From: Eledone cirrhosa
Lineage: Eukaryota
Direction: 5' to 3'
Length of the DNA: 64,000 nt
Assembly: GCA_964016885.1 (NCBI GenBank)
Contig: OZ024766.1
Coordinates: 1,612,001-1,676,000 of the forward strand
Shown here: piece after piece, positions 12,378-25,683 of the stretch
How the letters are laid out: every line of letters begins with the position of its first letter
How positions within the stretch are numbered: position 1 is the stretch's first letter
The notes under the pieces: generated by a model
The model's input: only the letters and a program-made list of their open reading frames with translations
The model's database searches: none
What the model was told of the DNA's origin: nothing
Program-made: the position numbers and the translations under genes

Positions 12378-12378
<1 letters not shown>
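12157..12378 (+). mobile_element. SINE family A, 5'-truncated
   Basis: Matches the 3' two-thirds of 922-1252. Confidence 0.9.
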
Positions 12379-12408
<30 letters not shown>

Positions 12409-13153
12409 GTCCGAACACAAAGGAACCAAACTCCTACTGCCTCCGTCTTTCTCTCTATCTCTCTATCCCTCTAAAATACACCAGGTCCGAACACAGAGGA
12501 ACCAAACTCCCGACTGTCACATTTTTTTCAGACATCCCTTATGCCACGGAAAAGAAAATCGAGTTATGCAAATAATCCACATGCAAATAGGATGAGTTTT
12601 CGTCGTCAACCTGAAAGGTGTGATGCGAGGGAAGAAGGACTTTCTAGCCAAAGACAGAAGCAAACAGAGTCTCGGTAAAAGTAAAACCATTGGTGAGCAC
12701 CAAGAAACACAGGAACAAGATAGATTTAGCCATATAGTTGCAACAAGAAATTACTCTGAAGAAAGACAACAGCGTTTGATTGCCGATAGAAACATCATTT
12801 TCTTACAAAAAAAAAAAAATGTGTGAAACGCAGCAAGGTGCGGGTAATTAGGCTAGTATATGTGTGTGTATATATATATATATAAATATATATACACACA
12901 CACAGTTCTCTCTATTCTGAATCACAGCACAATTGCACTTGCGAGTGAATGTGTGTTTATGTGTGTGTGTGAGAGTGTGTGTGTGAGTGTGTGTGAGTGT
13001 GTGCATGAGAGTGTGTGTGCATGAGTGTGTGTGTGAGTGTATGTGATGTGAGTGAGTGTGTGAGTGTGTGAGTGAGTGTGTGTGCATGAGAGAGTGTGCA
13101 TGAGTGTGTGTGTGTGTGTGTGTGTGAGTGTGTGTGAGTGTGTGAGTGAGTGT

Positions 13154-13192
<39 letters not shown>

Positions 13193-13647
13193 TGTGTGTG
13201 AGTGTGAGTGTGTGTGCATGAGAGTGTGTGTGTGAGTGTGTGTGTGAGTGTGTGAGTGAGTGTGTGTGCATGAGAGTGTGTGCATGAGAATGTGTGTGAG
13301 TGTGAGTGTGTGTGCATGAGAGTGTGTGCATGAGAGTGTGTGTGTGAGTGTGTGAGTGAGTGTGTGTGTGTGTGTGTGTGAGTGGTATAGCCAGCCTCTT
13401 TATCTTACAGCACACAAGCACCATCTATCAACCACTTGCTGTGTTTTATATAAACATTATATATATATAGGGCGGGGGGTATATATATAGGGCGGGGGGG
13501 TATATATATAGGGTGGGGGGGGTATATATAGAGGGGGGGGTATATATTTCACTAACATGACAGTGTGTGTATGTGTATATGTGTGTGTATATATATATAT
13601 ATTTACATACACAGATGTCAGCCAATCAAAGCTGCTAAAATACCACT

Positions 13648-13894
13648 TAGTAGTAGTAGTAGTGGTGGTAGTAGTGGTTACCACTTAGTAGTAGTAGTAG
13701 TGGTGGTAGTGGTAGTAGTAGTAGTAGTGGTGGTGGTGCTGGTAGTAGTGGTAGTAGTAGTGGTAGTAGTAGTAATGGTGGTGGTGCTGGTAGTAATGGT
13801 AGTGGTGGTAGTAGTGGTAGTAGAATAGTGGTTGTGGTGGTAGTAGTAGTAGTAGTGGTTGTGATAATAGTGGTAGCAGTAGTAGTAGTGGTGA

Positions 13895-13954
<60 letters not shown>

Positions 13955-14002
13955 CAGCAGTAGTAGTAGTAGTGGTAGTAGCAGCAGCAGTAGTGGTAGT
14001 AG
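13648..14002. repeat. (GTA/GTG)n tract
   Basis: Direct inspection. Confidence 0.95.
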
Positions 14003-14330
14003 AGGTCAGTGTCCAAGTCTCAGACCCGTACAGCAGCGCAGACTCCACTACAGCAATGAAGAGGCGGATTTTCAGGTCTTTACGAAGTCAGTTCAAAAGT
14101 GACACACAGGAGACTGAGGTTAGCTGGACATGCTCACCGACATCCAGAGTTGACATTGAACTCAGTGCTCCTGTGGGAACCCCTACATGGACACACTGGA
14201 AGAGGGAGACCGAGGTTAACGTATGTTGATGCCCTAAGAACAGACACTGGTCTGTTGGAGACGCAGGACATGGCAGCGATGATGAGGGACAGAGACCGCT
14301 GGAGAGAACTCGTCCATGGATCTTGGGAAT
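14003..14330. mobile_element. RTE-type LINE fragment with an inverted 5' segment
   Basis: Minus 14003-14090: LRKDLKIRLFIAVVESALLYGSETWTLT. Plus 14095-14330: RRLRLAGHAHRH...GRGRPRLTYVD...DRDRWRELV. Confidence 0.85.
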
Positions 14331-14359
14331 TTTACCTGGCCTATATATATATATATATA

Positions 14360-14880
14360 TATAGTGTTATACTTGGGGAGGGTCATATTGTTGTAATAAT
14401 ATTGCCAGAAATAATAACAGAACACATTCACTGTTTGGTTTGGGTTGGTTTTCACTTCTGTATCTTTTACATCTCCATAGTTAATTTATTTGGCAATCAC
14501 TGTTTATCATTGACTGATCAACAGTTAAAAAATATATATATATATATATAGTCTATCAAAGATCTTTCATTGCACATCTGCAACTTCATCATAAATTAAA
14601 TAAAAATGGTGTAGACATTACACTACAACGGGAAGAAACATAATAGTATACTGATGATGTCACAGATGTGTGACGAAAGAACTTTGTTAGACTATATATA
14701 TATTTATATCTGTATCTTTAACTGTTGGTCATTAAATGATAAACATTGATTGCCAAATAAATTAACTATGGAGATATAAAAGATACAGAAGTGAAAACCA
14801 ACCAAACAGTGAGTGTGTTCTGTTATTATTTCTGGCAATATTATTACAACAATATGACCCTCCCCTAGTATAACACTATA
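14360..14880. mobile_element. Foldback/MITE element with about 170-bp terminal inverted repeats
   Basis: 14360-14530 is the reverse complement of 14712-14880; terminus GTGTTATACT(T/A)GGGGAGGGTCATATTG; flanked by (TA)n. Confidence 0.85.
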
Positions 14881-15243
14881 TATATATATATATATATATA
14901 GGGCAGGTAAACAGACAGGCAGACAGGCAGACAGACAGACAGAGAGACAGACAGACAGACCTACTAAAACACTAACTAATAATAGTTGATTTCTTTGTAA
15001 CAGACTTGGCATTTTGTCTTGTGTGTGGGAGTTACTACCACTACTACTACTACTACTACTACTGGTACCACAAATACTACTACTACTAGTGGTACCACTA
15101 CTACTACTACTACTAGTGGTACTACCACTACTACTACTAGTGGTACTACCACCACTACTACTACCACCATTATCATCGCCACAAGAATTAATAAAAGAGT
15201 TACAAGCCGTTAAAACATATCTTTATATAGCTCTGTAACCTAT

Positions 15244-15274
<31 letters not shown>

Positions 15275-15385
15275 TTATTAAAATAACAGATTAAAGTTTA
15301 AGCAAAGAATCGCTGCATTCACCCTTAACGGGATCTTCTGAAACTAACAAAGTCAATCTGTAAACGCAGAAGTGGATATAATTAT

Positions 15386-15438
<53 letters not shown>

Positions 15439-15439
15439 T

Positions 15440-15590
15440 TTATACCACGTTCAATTGTGGGTTAATCACATTAAGTAAGGTACTCAATACATAGCAGAGT
15501 GTAAATTTTTAATATAGAAACGGCTTGTACAGGACTAGAACTGTTCCATCCAAAGGAAATCACAAGGAAAGCTTTCCTGGTGATTTCCTT
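15440..15590 (-). mobile_element. Penelope-like terminal-repeat fragment
   Basis: Shares AACAGTTCTAGTCCTGTA and ATGTATTGAGTAC with 33980-34080 and 51958-52062; local palindrome GGAAATCAC..GTGATTTCC. Confidence 0.55.
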
Positions 15591-15940
15591 GGAATTATTT
15601 ATTGCTCCATATATATTGGATGTAGTGTCCATTATCGAAGGGAACCTCAGAGAATGTCAGAAAGGGCTATTCTGTGCCTCAGTGTTTTGTGATGGAGTTA
15701 AAAGTCAAATACAAACCCCACCCCACCAGCACCACCATCACACACACACATGTATATATGCTAGTATATACACATTCAGATACCATATATATATATACAC
15801 ATATATATACACACATACATAATATATATATATATACACACACATACATACATACATAATATATATATACACACATAAGAACACACATTATATATATACA
15901 CATATACACACACTATATATATATATACACATATACACAC

Positions 15941-15973
<33 letters not shown>

Positions 15974-16090
15974 TATATATATATATATACACATATACAC
16001 ACTATATATATATATATATATATACATATACACACTATATATATATATATATACATATACACACTATATATATATATATATACATATACA

Positions 16091-16150
<60 letters not shown>

Positions 16151-16448
16151 ATATATTTATATACACATACCTAGAAACCTAATTTGCCAAATACATTAAT
16201 ATGAGGTTCTCGTGGTGACCATCACACCCCACCACCACACCTCACCCCACCACACCCCACCATTCCTTACCACACCGCATATTCCTCACCCATCATCACA
16301 ACCCCACCCCCACCCCCGCACAGCAATTTTCAGTCTGAGGCGGTAATTAATGAAGTAGGTGAATGTGAGAGAGAGGGGGGTGGTAGTGGTAGGAATCAGA
16401 TAGACAGAGGGGGGGGGGCAGATAGAGAGACAGAGAGCAAAAGATATG

Positions 16449-16480
<32 letters not shown>

Positions 16481-16562
16481 CAGAGAGAGAGAGGGGGGAG
16501 AGATAGAGAGAGAGAGGGGGAGAGATAGAGAGAGAGAGAGAGGGTGAGATAGAGAGAAAGAG

Positions 16563-16616
<54 letters not shown>

Positions 16617-16772
16617 GGAGGGAGAGAGAGAGAGAGATAGTGGGAGTGAGAAGTAGGTCAGGTAATTTGTAGACTAATTAGAATACAGGTGAGTGGAATA
16701 ATAATTGTCTCTACTTTTGGCACAAGGCCAGCAATTACCCCAGTGTATTACTGGTACTTTATTTTATCCAAT

Positions 16773-18172
16773 CAGAATTCTCTCACTTCTTTCTGTTCAA
16801 ACTGGCTGTAACTGGCCACTCATACTGATGTTAAGGTATTGTTCTCGAAAGAAATAATATCAAAATCTCATAGATTTGGTATTATGTGAGGTAAAGCCTT
16901 TACTGTGAAAATACAATAGTATATATAGAGTAATGTAAATGTTATGTGGGGTATTATGTGAGGTAAAGCCTTTACTGTGAAAATACAATAGTATATATAG
17001 AGTAATGTAAATGTTATGTGAGATATTATGTGAGGTAAAGCCTTTACTGTGACAATACAATAGTATATATAGAGTAATGTAAATGTTATGTGAGATATTA
17101 TGTGAGGTAAAGCCTTTACTGTGAAAATACAATAGTATATATAGAGTAATGTAAATGTTATGTGAGATATTATGTGAGGTAAAGCCTTTACTGTGACAAT
17201 ACAATAGTATATATAGAGTAATGTAAATGTTATGTGAGATATTATGTGAGGTAAAGCCTTTACTGTGACAATACAATAGTATATATAGAGTAATGTAAAT
17301 GTTATGTGAGATATTATGTGAGGTAAAGCCTTTACTGTGACAATACAATAGTATATATAGAGTAATGTAAATGTTATGTGAGATATTATGTGAGGTAAAG
17401 CCTTTACTGTGAAAATACAATAGTATATATAGAGTAATGTAAATGTTATGTGGGGTATTATGTGAGGTAAAGCCTTTACTGTGAAAATACAATAGTATAT
17501 ATAGAGTAATGTAAATGTTATGTGAGATATTATGTGAGGTAAAGCCTTTACTGTGACAATACAATAGTATATATAGAGTAATGTAAATGTTATGTGAGAT
17601 ATTATGTGAGGTAAAGCCTTTACTGTGAAAATACAATAGTATATATAGAGTAATGTAAATGTTATGTGAGATATTATGTGAGGTAAAGCCTTTACTGTGA
17701 CAATACAATAGTATATATAGAGTAATGTAAATGTTATGTGAGATATTATGTGAGGTAAAGCCTTTACTGTGAAAATACAATAGTATATATAGAGTAATGT
17801 AAATGTTATGTGAGGTATTATGTGAGGTAAAGCCTTTACTGTGACAATACAATAGTATATATAGAGTAATGTAAATGTTATGTGAGGTATTATGTGAGGT
17901 AAAGCCTTTACTGTGACAATACAATAGTATATATAGAGTAATGTAAATGTTATGTGAGATATTATGTGAGGTAAAGCCTTTACTGTGAAAATACAATAGT
18001 ATATATAGAGTAATGTAAATGTTATGTGAGATATTATGTGAGATAAAGCCTTTACTGTGAAAATACAATAGTATATATAGAGTAATGTAAATGTTATGTG
18101 AGATATTATGTGAGGTAAAGCCTTTACTGTGAAATACAATTGTATATATAGAGTAATGTAAATGTTTAAGGG
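16773..18172 (+). mobile_element. piggyBac-like MITE copy expanded by a 72-bp minisatellite (about 18 copies)
   Basis: Body matches 1355-1460; 72-bp period (17101, 17173 ... 17461); ends AAGGG-TTAA at 18176. Confidence 0.9.
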
Positions 18173-18499
18173 TTAAGTAAGCCATGCTATTAAGGTAGGC
18201 ATGACCTGGGCCAATACTTGCCAAAAGTTATCAAACTTATATTAATTAGATTTTTACAAAAATAATGTAGATTTTAAGAATATATAATTGTGGATTCTTG
18301 ACTGTGGTTTATTATATTACAGGTAAGTTAATGAGAACTTTCAACAGGAAAAGTTTCCTCCCCTCTGCTTTATCCAGACGTGAGGAACTTCAGATATTAT
18401 GTTACAAGTAACCTAACTCCTTAGTATTTAAACCAGCTGTATCCGGCCAGAATTCTCTCACCTCTTTCTGTTCAGACTGGCTGTAACCAGCTGCTCATA

Positions 18500-19228
18500 A
18501 GGTTGATACAGCTTGGCACAAGTGATGTGTGCATATGAACAGCAATGTTGCATGGTAGTGAGACCAGGGCGCTGTCTGTAGAAGACTTGCGTAGATTAGA
18601 AAGAAGCGAAGCTTGAATGCTCCGATGAATGTGTAATAGTAATATACGCGAACGGCAAAGCATAAACGAATTGAGAGAGAGGCTGCGTTAGCGGTAGACA
18701 GCTTCTGCGACCTAGGTGACCGAATTAGCAGCGGAGGCGGGTGTTCAGAAAGTACAATAACTAGGGTAAGAACGGGATGGAAGAAGTTCAGGGAACTACT
18801 GCCACTGCTGGCTGCAAAAGGCTTCTCCCTCAAAATGAAAGGCAGACTGTATGATGCGTGTATCCGAACAGCAATGTTGCATGGTAGTGAGACCTGGGCG
18901 CTGAAGGTGGAAGACTTACGTAGATTAGAAAGAAACGAAGCCTGCATGCTCCGATGGATGTGTAACAGTAATATACGCGAACGGCAAAGCATAAACGGAT
19001 TGAGAGAGAGACTGAGCATAAGAGGAATCAAACGCTATGTGCAGGAGAGGGGATTGCGTTGGTATGGACATGTGATGCGTATGAAGGATGACAGCTGCAT
19101 AAAAAGGTGCAGAGCACTAGAAGTCGATGGCAGCCGCGGAGTGGGGAGACCCAAGATGACCTGGGATGAGGTGATAAAAGCCGACCTTACCCAATTACAC
19201 CTCTCAAAGGTCATGTCACATGACCGTG
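18500..19228 (+). mobile_element. RTE LINE ORF fragment (post-RT region), partly duplicated
   Basis: MKGRLYDACIRTAMLHGSETWAL...LRWYGHVMRMKDDSCIKRC...GRPKMTW. Confidence 0.92.
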
Positions 19229-19421
19229 CCACCAGACCCCACCAGTCACCATTGCATGTGCCCCATCAGTGACAGCTACACCACACCACACAAGTCATTG
19301 CATCTGCCCCACCAGTCATCATAGCTACACCACCACCACCATCACCACCACCACCGCTCCAGGGACACACAGACATTATTAAGTCCACTCCTGCCAAAAG
19401 GTGTTTCCAGGCAGCATGCCA

Positions 19422-19800
19422 TGGTGGTGGTGGTGTGGTGGTGGTGGTGGTGGTGGTGGTGTGGTGGTGTGGTGATGGTGGTAGTGGTGTGGTGGTGGTG
19501 GTGGTGGTGGTGTAGTGAGGGTGTGGTGGTGGTGGTGGTGGTGATGTGGTGGTGGTGTGGTGGTGGTGGCGTGGTGGTGGTGGTAGGTGGTGGTGGTGGT
19601 GTGGTGGTGGTGGTGTGGTGGTGGTGGTGGTGGTGGTGTAGTGAGGGTGTGGTGGTGGTGTGGTGTAGTGAGGGTGTGGTGGTGGTGGTGGGGTGGTGGT
19701 GGTGGGGTGGTGGTGGTGTAGTGAGGGTGTGGTGGTGGTGGTGTAGTGAGGGTGTGGTGGTGGTGGTGGTGTAGTGAGGGTACTGTGGTGGTGGTGGTGA
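19422..19800. repeat. (GGT)n-rich tract
   Basis: Direct inspection. Confidence 0.95.
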
Positions 19801-20011
19801 CAGCTATGACAACCACCACCACCATCATATGGTAGTAATTTCACCCCACCCCCCACCCAGTCTCTGTCCAGTTCAGTAATTAGATATTTAACGATGAAGA
19901 CATGTAAAACCTTAATTACTGATAATTACTACTTTCCTGTTTTTTCTCGTTAGCGTACCTGTAATTGTAGATGTCTGAGGATCAGAGTATTCTTTGGGTC
20001 ACATTAACATG

Positions 20012-21193
20012 CACCCAGTACACTCTGCAATGTGGTAGTGTTGGTGTCATGATATAATACACCCAGTACACTCTGTAAAGTGGCAGTGTTGGTGTCATGA
20101 TATAATACACCCAGTACACTCTGTAAAGTGGCAGTGGTGGTCTCATGATATAATACACCCAATACACTCTGTAAAGTGGCAGTGGTGGTCTCATGATATA
20201 ATACACCCAGTACACTCTGTAATGTGGCAGTGGTGGTCTCATGATATAATACACCCAGTACACTCTGTAAAGTTGTAGTGTTGGTGTCATGATATAATAC
20301 ACCCAGTACACTCTGTAAAGTGGCAGTGCTGGTCTCATGATATAATACACCCAGTACACTCTGTAAAGTGGCAGTGGTGGTCTCATGATATAATACACCC
20401 AGTACACTCTGTAAAGTGGCAGTGCTGGTCTCATGATATAATACACCCAGTACACTCTGTAAAGTGGCAGTGCTGGTCTCATGATATAATACACCCAGTA
20501 CACTCTGTAAAGTGGCAGTGCTGGTGTCATGATATAATACACCCAGTACACTCTGTAAAGTGGCAGTGTTGGTGTCATGATATAATACACCCAGTACACT
20601 CTGTAAAGTGGCAGTGCTGGTCTCATGATATAATACACCCAGTACACTCTGTAAAGTGGCAGTGCTGGTCTCATGATAAAATACACCCAGTCCACTCTGT
20701 AAAGTGGCAGTGCTGGTCTCATGATATAATACACCCAGTACACTCTGTAAAGTGGCAGTGCTGGTCTCATGATAAAATACACCCAGTACACTCTGTAAAG
20801 TTGTAGTGTTGGTCTCATGATAAAATACACCCAGTCCACTCTGTAAAGTGGCAGTGCTGGTCTCATGATATAATACACCCAGTACACTCTGTAAAGTGGC
20901 AGTGCTGGTCTCATGATATAATACACCCAGTACACTCTGTAAAGTGGCAGTGGTGGTCTCATGATAAAATACACCCAGTACACTCTGTAAAGTGGCAGTG
21001 CTGGTCTCATGATATAATACACCCAGTCCACTCTGTAAAGTGGCAGTGCTGGTCTCATGATATAATACACCCAGTACACTCTGTAAAGTGGCAGTGGTGG
21101 TCTCATGATAAAATACACCCAGTCCACTCTGTAAAGTGGCAGTGCTGGTCTCATGATAAAATACACCCAGTCCACTCTGTAAAGTGGTAGTGT
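20012..21193 (+). repeat. 48-bp minisatellite, about 24 copies
   Basis: Unit ACACCCAGTACACTCTGTAAAGTGGCAGTGCTGGTCTCATGATATAAT; first half resembles the SINE A central CACCCAGCACTCACTGTAAA. Confidence 0.95.
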
Positions 21194-21194
21194 A

Positions 21195-21255
<61 letters not shown>

Positions 21256-21469
21256 TAGCAGTGGTACCCGGCGTTGCACGGAGTAAGGTATTGCTACCAT
21301 TACACCAACACATCAACCACAAGGTACGCTGCTGTGTTAACACTGTAGAGTTTTTACAGAAGGATTTTGTACTTTATGTCAGGCCTACTTAATACTGTGG
21401 GGGGAGAGGTCTGTGTTGGGGGGGGGGTCTATATATGTGTATATATATATATGTATGTATGTGTCTATA

Positions 21470-21509
<40 letters not shown>

Positions 21510-21519
21510 GACATACACA

Positions 21520-21588
21520 CAGGGTGACCACAAAAATGTATACACACTTCTAATAAATATATGTATACATTTTTGGGGCGACACCCTG
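21520..21588. mobile_element. Tiny Tc1/mariner-like MITE (69 bp)
   Basis: CAGGGTG..CAAAAATGTATACA and TGTATACATTTTTG..CACCCTG inverted termini. Confidence 0.6.
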
Positions 21589-21600
21589 TTTTTTAACTAC

Positions 21601-21985
21601 ATCTCTCCCCCTCTCACTCTCTCCCTATCACTACCTTTACCCCTCCCTCTGTATCACAATATCTCTCTCTCTACCCCTCTCACTCTCTCGCTATCACTAC
21701 CTTTACCCCTCCCTCTGTATCACAATATCTCTCTCTCTACCCCTCTCACTCTCTCCCTATCACTACCTTTACCCCTCCCTCTGTATCACAATATCTCTCT
21801 CTCTACCCCTCTCACTCTCTCCCTATCACTACCTTTACCCCTCCCTCTGTATCACAATATCTCTCTCTCTACCCCTCTCACTCTCTCGCTATCACTACCT
21901 TTACCCCTCCCTCTGTATCACAATATCTCTCTCTCTACCCCTCTCACTCTCTCGCTATCACTAGCTTTACCCCTCCCTCTGTCTC
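21601..21985. repeat. 66-bp pyrimidine-rich minisatellite, about 6 copies
   Basis: Period 66 (21661, 21727, 21793). Confidence 0.92.
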
Positions 21986-22288
21986 CAACTATTTCAGCCT
22001 CTCTATCTCTCTCTCTCACTCACTATCTCTACCCTTTTCTCCCCCCTCCCTCCCACTAATTCCCCCTCCCTCTCACCCCCTTCTACCCCCCTCCCTCTAT
22101 CTCTCAATATATATCTCCCCCTCCCTCTCCCCCCCCCTCCCTCCTCCAGTCACACCAGTTGATTCTGAATAGAGTAACATTCTTGAAATATTTCCATCAA
22201 AACAGCTTTCTACTTTAACCCTAGGTCAGTCCTGATCCTGTAGACCTGTCATATGATCTAATATAGACCAGCTGTGACAGTCTACCGT

Positions 22289-23435
22289 GGACTACACTAT
22301 CTAATGTGCCTTATATACAGACACAGTCTATCTAGGACTACATTATCTAATGTGTCCTGTCTTATATACAGACACAGTCTATCTAGGATTACACTATCTA
22401 ATGTGCCTTATATACAGACACAGTGTACCTAGGACTACACTATCTAATGTGTTCTGTCTTATATACAGACACAGTGTACCTAGGACTACACTATCTAATG
22501 TGTTCTGTCTTATATACAGACACAGTGTACCTAGGACTACATTATCTAATGTGTCCTGTCTTATATACAGACACAGTCTATCTAGGATTACACTATCTAA
22601 TGTGCCTTATATACAGACACAGTGTACCTAGGACTACACTATCTAATGTGTCCTGTCTTATATACAGACACAGTGTACCTAGGACTACACTATCTAATGT
22701 GTCCTGTCTTATATACAGACACAGTGTACCTAGGACTACACTATCTAATGTGTCTTGTCTGTATATGACACAGTGTACCTAGGACTACACTATCTAATGT
22801 GTCCTGTCTTATATACAGACACAGTGTATCTAGGACTACACTATCTAATGTGTCCTGTCTTATATACAGACACAGTGTATCTAGGACTACACTATCTAAT
22901 GTGTCCTGTCTTATATACAGACACAGTGTACCTAGAACTACACTATCTAATGTGTCCTGCCTTATATACAGACACAGTGTATCTAGGACTACACTATCTA
23001 ATGTGTCCTGCCTTATATACAGACACAGTCTATCTAGGACTACATTATCTAATGTGTCCTGTCATATACAGACACAGTGTATCTAGGACTACACTATCTA
23101 ATGTGTCCTGTCTTATATACAGACACAGTGTACCTAGAACTACACTATCTAATGTGTCCTGCCTTATATACAGACACAGTGTATCTAGGACTACACTATC
23201 TAATGTGTCCTGTCTTATATACAGACACAGTGTATCTAGGACTACATTATCTAATGTGTCCTGTCATATACAGACACAGTGTACCTAGGACTACACTATC
23301 TAATGTGTCCTGTCTTATATACAGACACAGTGTACCTAGAACTACACTATCTAATGTGTCCTGTCTTATATACAGACACAGTGTACCTAGGACTACACTA
23401 TCTAATGTGTCCTGTCTTATATACAGACACAGTGT
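22289..23435 (+). repeat. 51-bp minisatellite, about 22 copies
   Basis: Unit GGACTACACTATCTAATGTGTCCTGTCTTATATACAGACACAGTGTACCTA; inverted sister array at 47128-48550. Confidence 0.96.
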
Positions 23436-23444
23436 AAGGGGAAA

Positions 23445-23803
23445 TCAATTAAATCAACCCCAATGTATTACTGGTATTGTATCAACCCCAGCAAGAATGA
23501 AAGGCAAAGCTACAGTCGGAGGTATTTAAACCCAGAACGTAAAGGGATGTAACAAACCCCGGTTCAAAGAGAAGTCTCCAATGCTCCACCGATCCTGCCA
23601 ATCTACAGCAAATAATAGTTTCTGATTTAGGCACAAGGCCAGCAATTACCCCAGTACATTACTGGTACTTTATTTTATCAACCCCGTAAGGATGAAAGGC
23701 AAAGTTGACCTCGGCGGGATTTGAACTCAGTCCGTAAAGGGACGTAACTCTGTGCTGCAAAGCATGGCGTCCGACACTCTACCAACACTGCCAATCCACC
23801 GCC
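23445..23803 (-). mobile_element. Two adjacent SINE family B copies (first more diverged)
   Basis: ATGAAAGGCAAAG core at about 23497 and 23692; head CTGCCAATCCACCGCC ends near 23803. Confidence 0.85.
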
Positions 23804-24732
23804 AACTGTGTATATAATGGTGTGTATATATAATGATGTGTGTATATAACGGTGTGTATATGATAGTGTATATATAATGGTGTGTATATTGGTGTATATA
23901 ACGGTGTGTATATAATACTGTATATATAATACTGTATATATAATAGTGTATATATAATGATGTGTGTATATTGGTGTATATAATGGTGTATATATAATAG
24001 TGTATATATAATGATGTATATATAATGATGTGTATATAATAGTGTATATATAATAGTGTATATATAATGATGTGTATATAATACTGTATATATAATAGTG
24101 TATATATAATAGTGTATATATAATGATGTGTGTATATTGGTGTATATATAATAGTGTATATATAATGATTTGTGTATATTGGTGTATATAACGGTGTATA
24201 TATAATACTGTATATATAATGATTTGTGTATATAATAGTGTATATATAATGATGTGTGTATATTGGTGTATATAATAGTGTATATATAATAGTGTATATA
24301 TATTGGTGTATATATAATGAGATGTATATATAATAGTGTAAACTCAGCCAGATGAGGGCAGAGCCAGGATTCTGGGGTCTGGGGTAACGAGAGCCAACAT
24401 ATAAGAGGTCACCTGATACATGATGGCAGAGTGAAGGACAGCGTCCACCCCCACAACCCCCACCCCGGCATGTGAGGAGCTGAATGACGTCAAGGACACA
24501 TGTTGTGACACATTTGTGACGTCATGTAACACTTGTATGTATTGTATATACCTACATACACATATATATACGTATATATATATATACACACACACACAAT
24601 AGATATATATATAAATATACATACACCCACACACATATACACATTCCTATACACATATATACATGTATACACACATGCATACATATACATTTAGTCAGGT
24701 ACATACGCACACTGTAAATGTCTAATTACTGT

Positions 24733-25583
24733 CTAAATCAAGGCAGTGCCCCAGTATGGCCACAGTCTAGTGACTGAAACCAGTAAAACAGTACTGGGGT
24801 TGATATGATCAACTAAACCAAGACAGTGCCCCAGCATGGCCACAGTCTAGTGACTGAAACCAGTAAAACAGTACTGGGGTTGATATGGTTGACTAAATCA
24901 AGGCAGTGCCCCAGCATGGCCACAGTCTAGTGACTGAAACCAGTAAAACAGTACTGGGGTTGATATGGTTGACTAAATCAAGGCAGTGCCCCAGCATGGC
25001 CACAGTCTAGTGACTGAAACCAGTAAAACAGTACTGGGGTTGATATGATTGACTAAATCAAGGCAGTGCCCCAGCATGGCCACAGTCTAGTGACTGAAAC
25101 CAGTAAAACAGTACTGGGGTTGATATAGTTGACTAAATCAAGGCAGTACCCCAGCATGGCCACAGTCTAGTGACTGAAACCGGTAAAACAGTACTGGGGT
25201 TGATATGGTTGACTAAATCAAGATTGCCCCAGTATGGCCACAGTCTAGTGACTGAAACCGGTAAAACAGTACTGGGGTTGATATGGTTGACTAAATCAAG
25301 GCAGTGCCCCAGTATGGCCACAGTCTAGTGACTGAAACCAGTAAAACAGTACTGGGGTTGATATGGTTGACTAAATCAAGATTGCCCCAGTATGGCCACA
25401 GTCTAGTGACTGAAACCGGTAAAACAGTACTGGGGTTGATATGGTTGACTAAATCAAGGCAGTGCCCCAGTATGACCACAGTCTAGTGACTGAAACCAGT
25501 AAAACAGTGCTGGGGTTGATATGGTTGACTAAATCAAGGCAGTGCCCCAGTATGGCCACAGTCAAGTGACTGTAACCAGTAAA
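24733..25583 (+). repeat. 80-bp minisatellite, about 10.5 copies
   Basis: Period 80 (24841, 24921, 25001 ...); same unit as 6620-6863. Confidence 0.95.
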
Positions 25584-25618
25584 ATAACAGAACAATGTAA
25601 ATTAGTTGAACATCTCAC

Positions 25619-25683
25619 CAATTCCAGGTGTAAAAGAAGTGTAATTAAAAGGTAAAAAAGTCCCGTAGAGGTGTTGTACTCAC
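25619..25683 (-). other. Candidate 65-nt exon / recursive splice site (copy 2)
   Basis: Same architecture as 6898-6962; the ATG of copy 1 is ACG here. Confidence 0.42.

Noticed and set aside
16860-18224. 454-aa and 423-aa ORFs
   Set aside because: Translations of the 72-bp minisatellite (unit divisible by 3); no coding features.
18835-19272. Functional protein-coding gene
   Set aside because: Truncated RTE ORF remnant lacking endonuclease and RT core.
19982-21343. 453-aa ORF
   Set aside because: Translation of the 48-bp array plus (TA)n.
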